The position numbers and the translations under genes are program-made. The notes under the pieces were generated by a model, which saw nothing but the letters and a program-made list of their open reading frames with translations, searched no databases and was not told the origin of the DNA. A DNA stretch of 63,049 bases, counting the filler, from Octopus bimaculoides (taxonomy: Eukaryota), in assembly GCF_001194135.2 (NCBI RefSeq). It is 7 parts of 6 records of this genome, joined end to end, with 100 filler letters (N's around TTAATTAATTAA, not from the genome) between each part and the next. Parts side by side here need not be neighbours in the genome. Positions count along the whole stretch, not along the records: positions 59,526 to 63,049 come from NC_069000.1; 6 more parts are not named here. The stretch is one strand, 5' to 3'. Of the stretch, positions 62,746-63,049 are shown in pieces. The first letter of the stretch is position 1; the number at the start of each line of letters is the position of its first letter.

Positions 62746-63049
62746 TGTTGGCACTCCGTCGCTTACGACGTCGAGGGTTCCAGTTGATCCGATCAACGGA
62801 ACAGCCTGCTCGTGAAATTAACGTTCAAGTGGCTGAGCACTCCACAGACACGTGTACCCTTAACATAGTTCTCGGTAATAGTCAGCGTGACACAGTGTGA
62901 CAAGGCTGACCCTTTGAATTACAGGCACAACAGAAACAGGAAGTAAGAGTGAGAGAAAGTTGTGGTGAAAGAGTACAGCAGGGTTCGCCACCATCCTCTG
63001 CCGGAGCCTCGTGGAGCTTTAGATGTTTTTGCTCAATAAACACTCACAA
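62746..63049 (-). mobile_element. SINE family C, second copy (runs off the window end)
   Basis: Nearly identical by eye to 15690-15990. Confidence 0.92.

Overview
Repeat-dense, gap-rich animal genomic DNA. The SINE/LINE repertoire and the very high microsatellite load point to an octopus-type coleoid cephalopod assembly; this is an inference, not a database result. The only host gene I can identify is NDUFS4 (complex I 18-kDa subunit) on the minus strand. Three internal exons are visible (24058-24136, 23114-23289, 22218-22291) with canonical splice sites, compatible phases and exon sizes matching the vertebrate gene. The first and last exons are not visible and are probably in N-gaps. The rest is transposon debris: at least four SINE families, CR1-like, Tx1/L1, Penelope-like and R4/Dong-like (RLE) retroelements, two Helitron helicase remnants, three Tc1/mariner remnants, hAT ends and MITE/foldback elements. 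The most notable unexplained structures are (i) a CpG-rich three-tier tandem array (20-nt monomers, 200/220-nt units, ~420-nt super-unit) at 18522-19325, followed by a Helitron-like hairpin plus CTAG; (ii) a candidate type I minimal hammerhead ribozyme at 3907-3990 and three degenerate relatives; (iii) several long or near-perfect hairpins; and (iv) a CR1-like LINE 3' tail shared with the dominant SINE. The TTAATTAATTAA islands inside N-runs are assembly spacers. All pairings and translations were done by eye.
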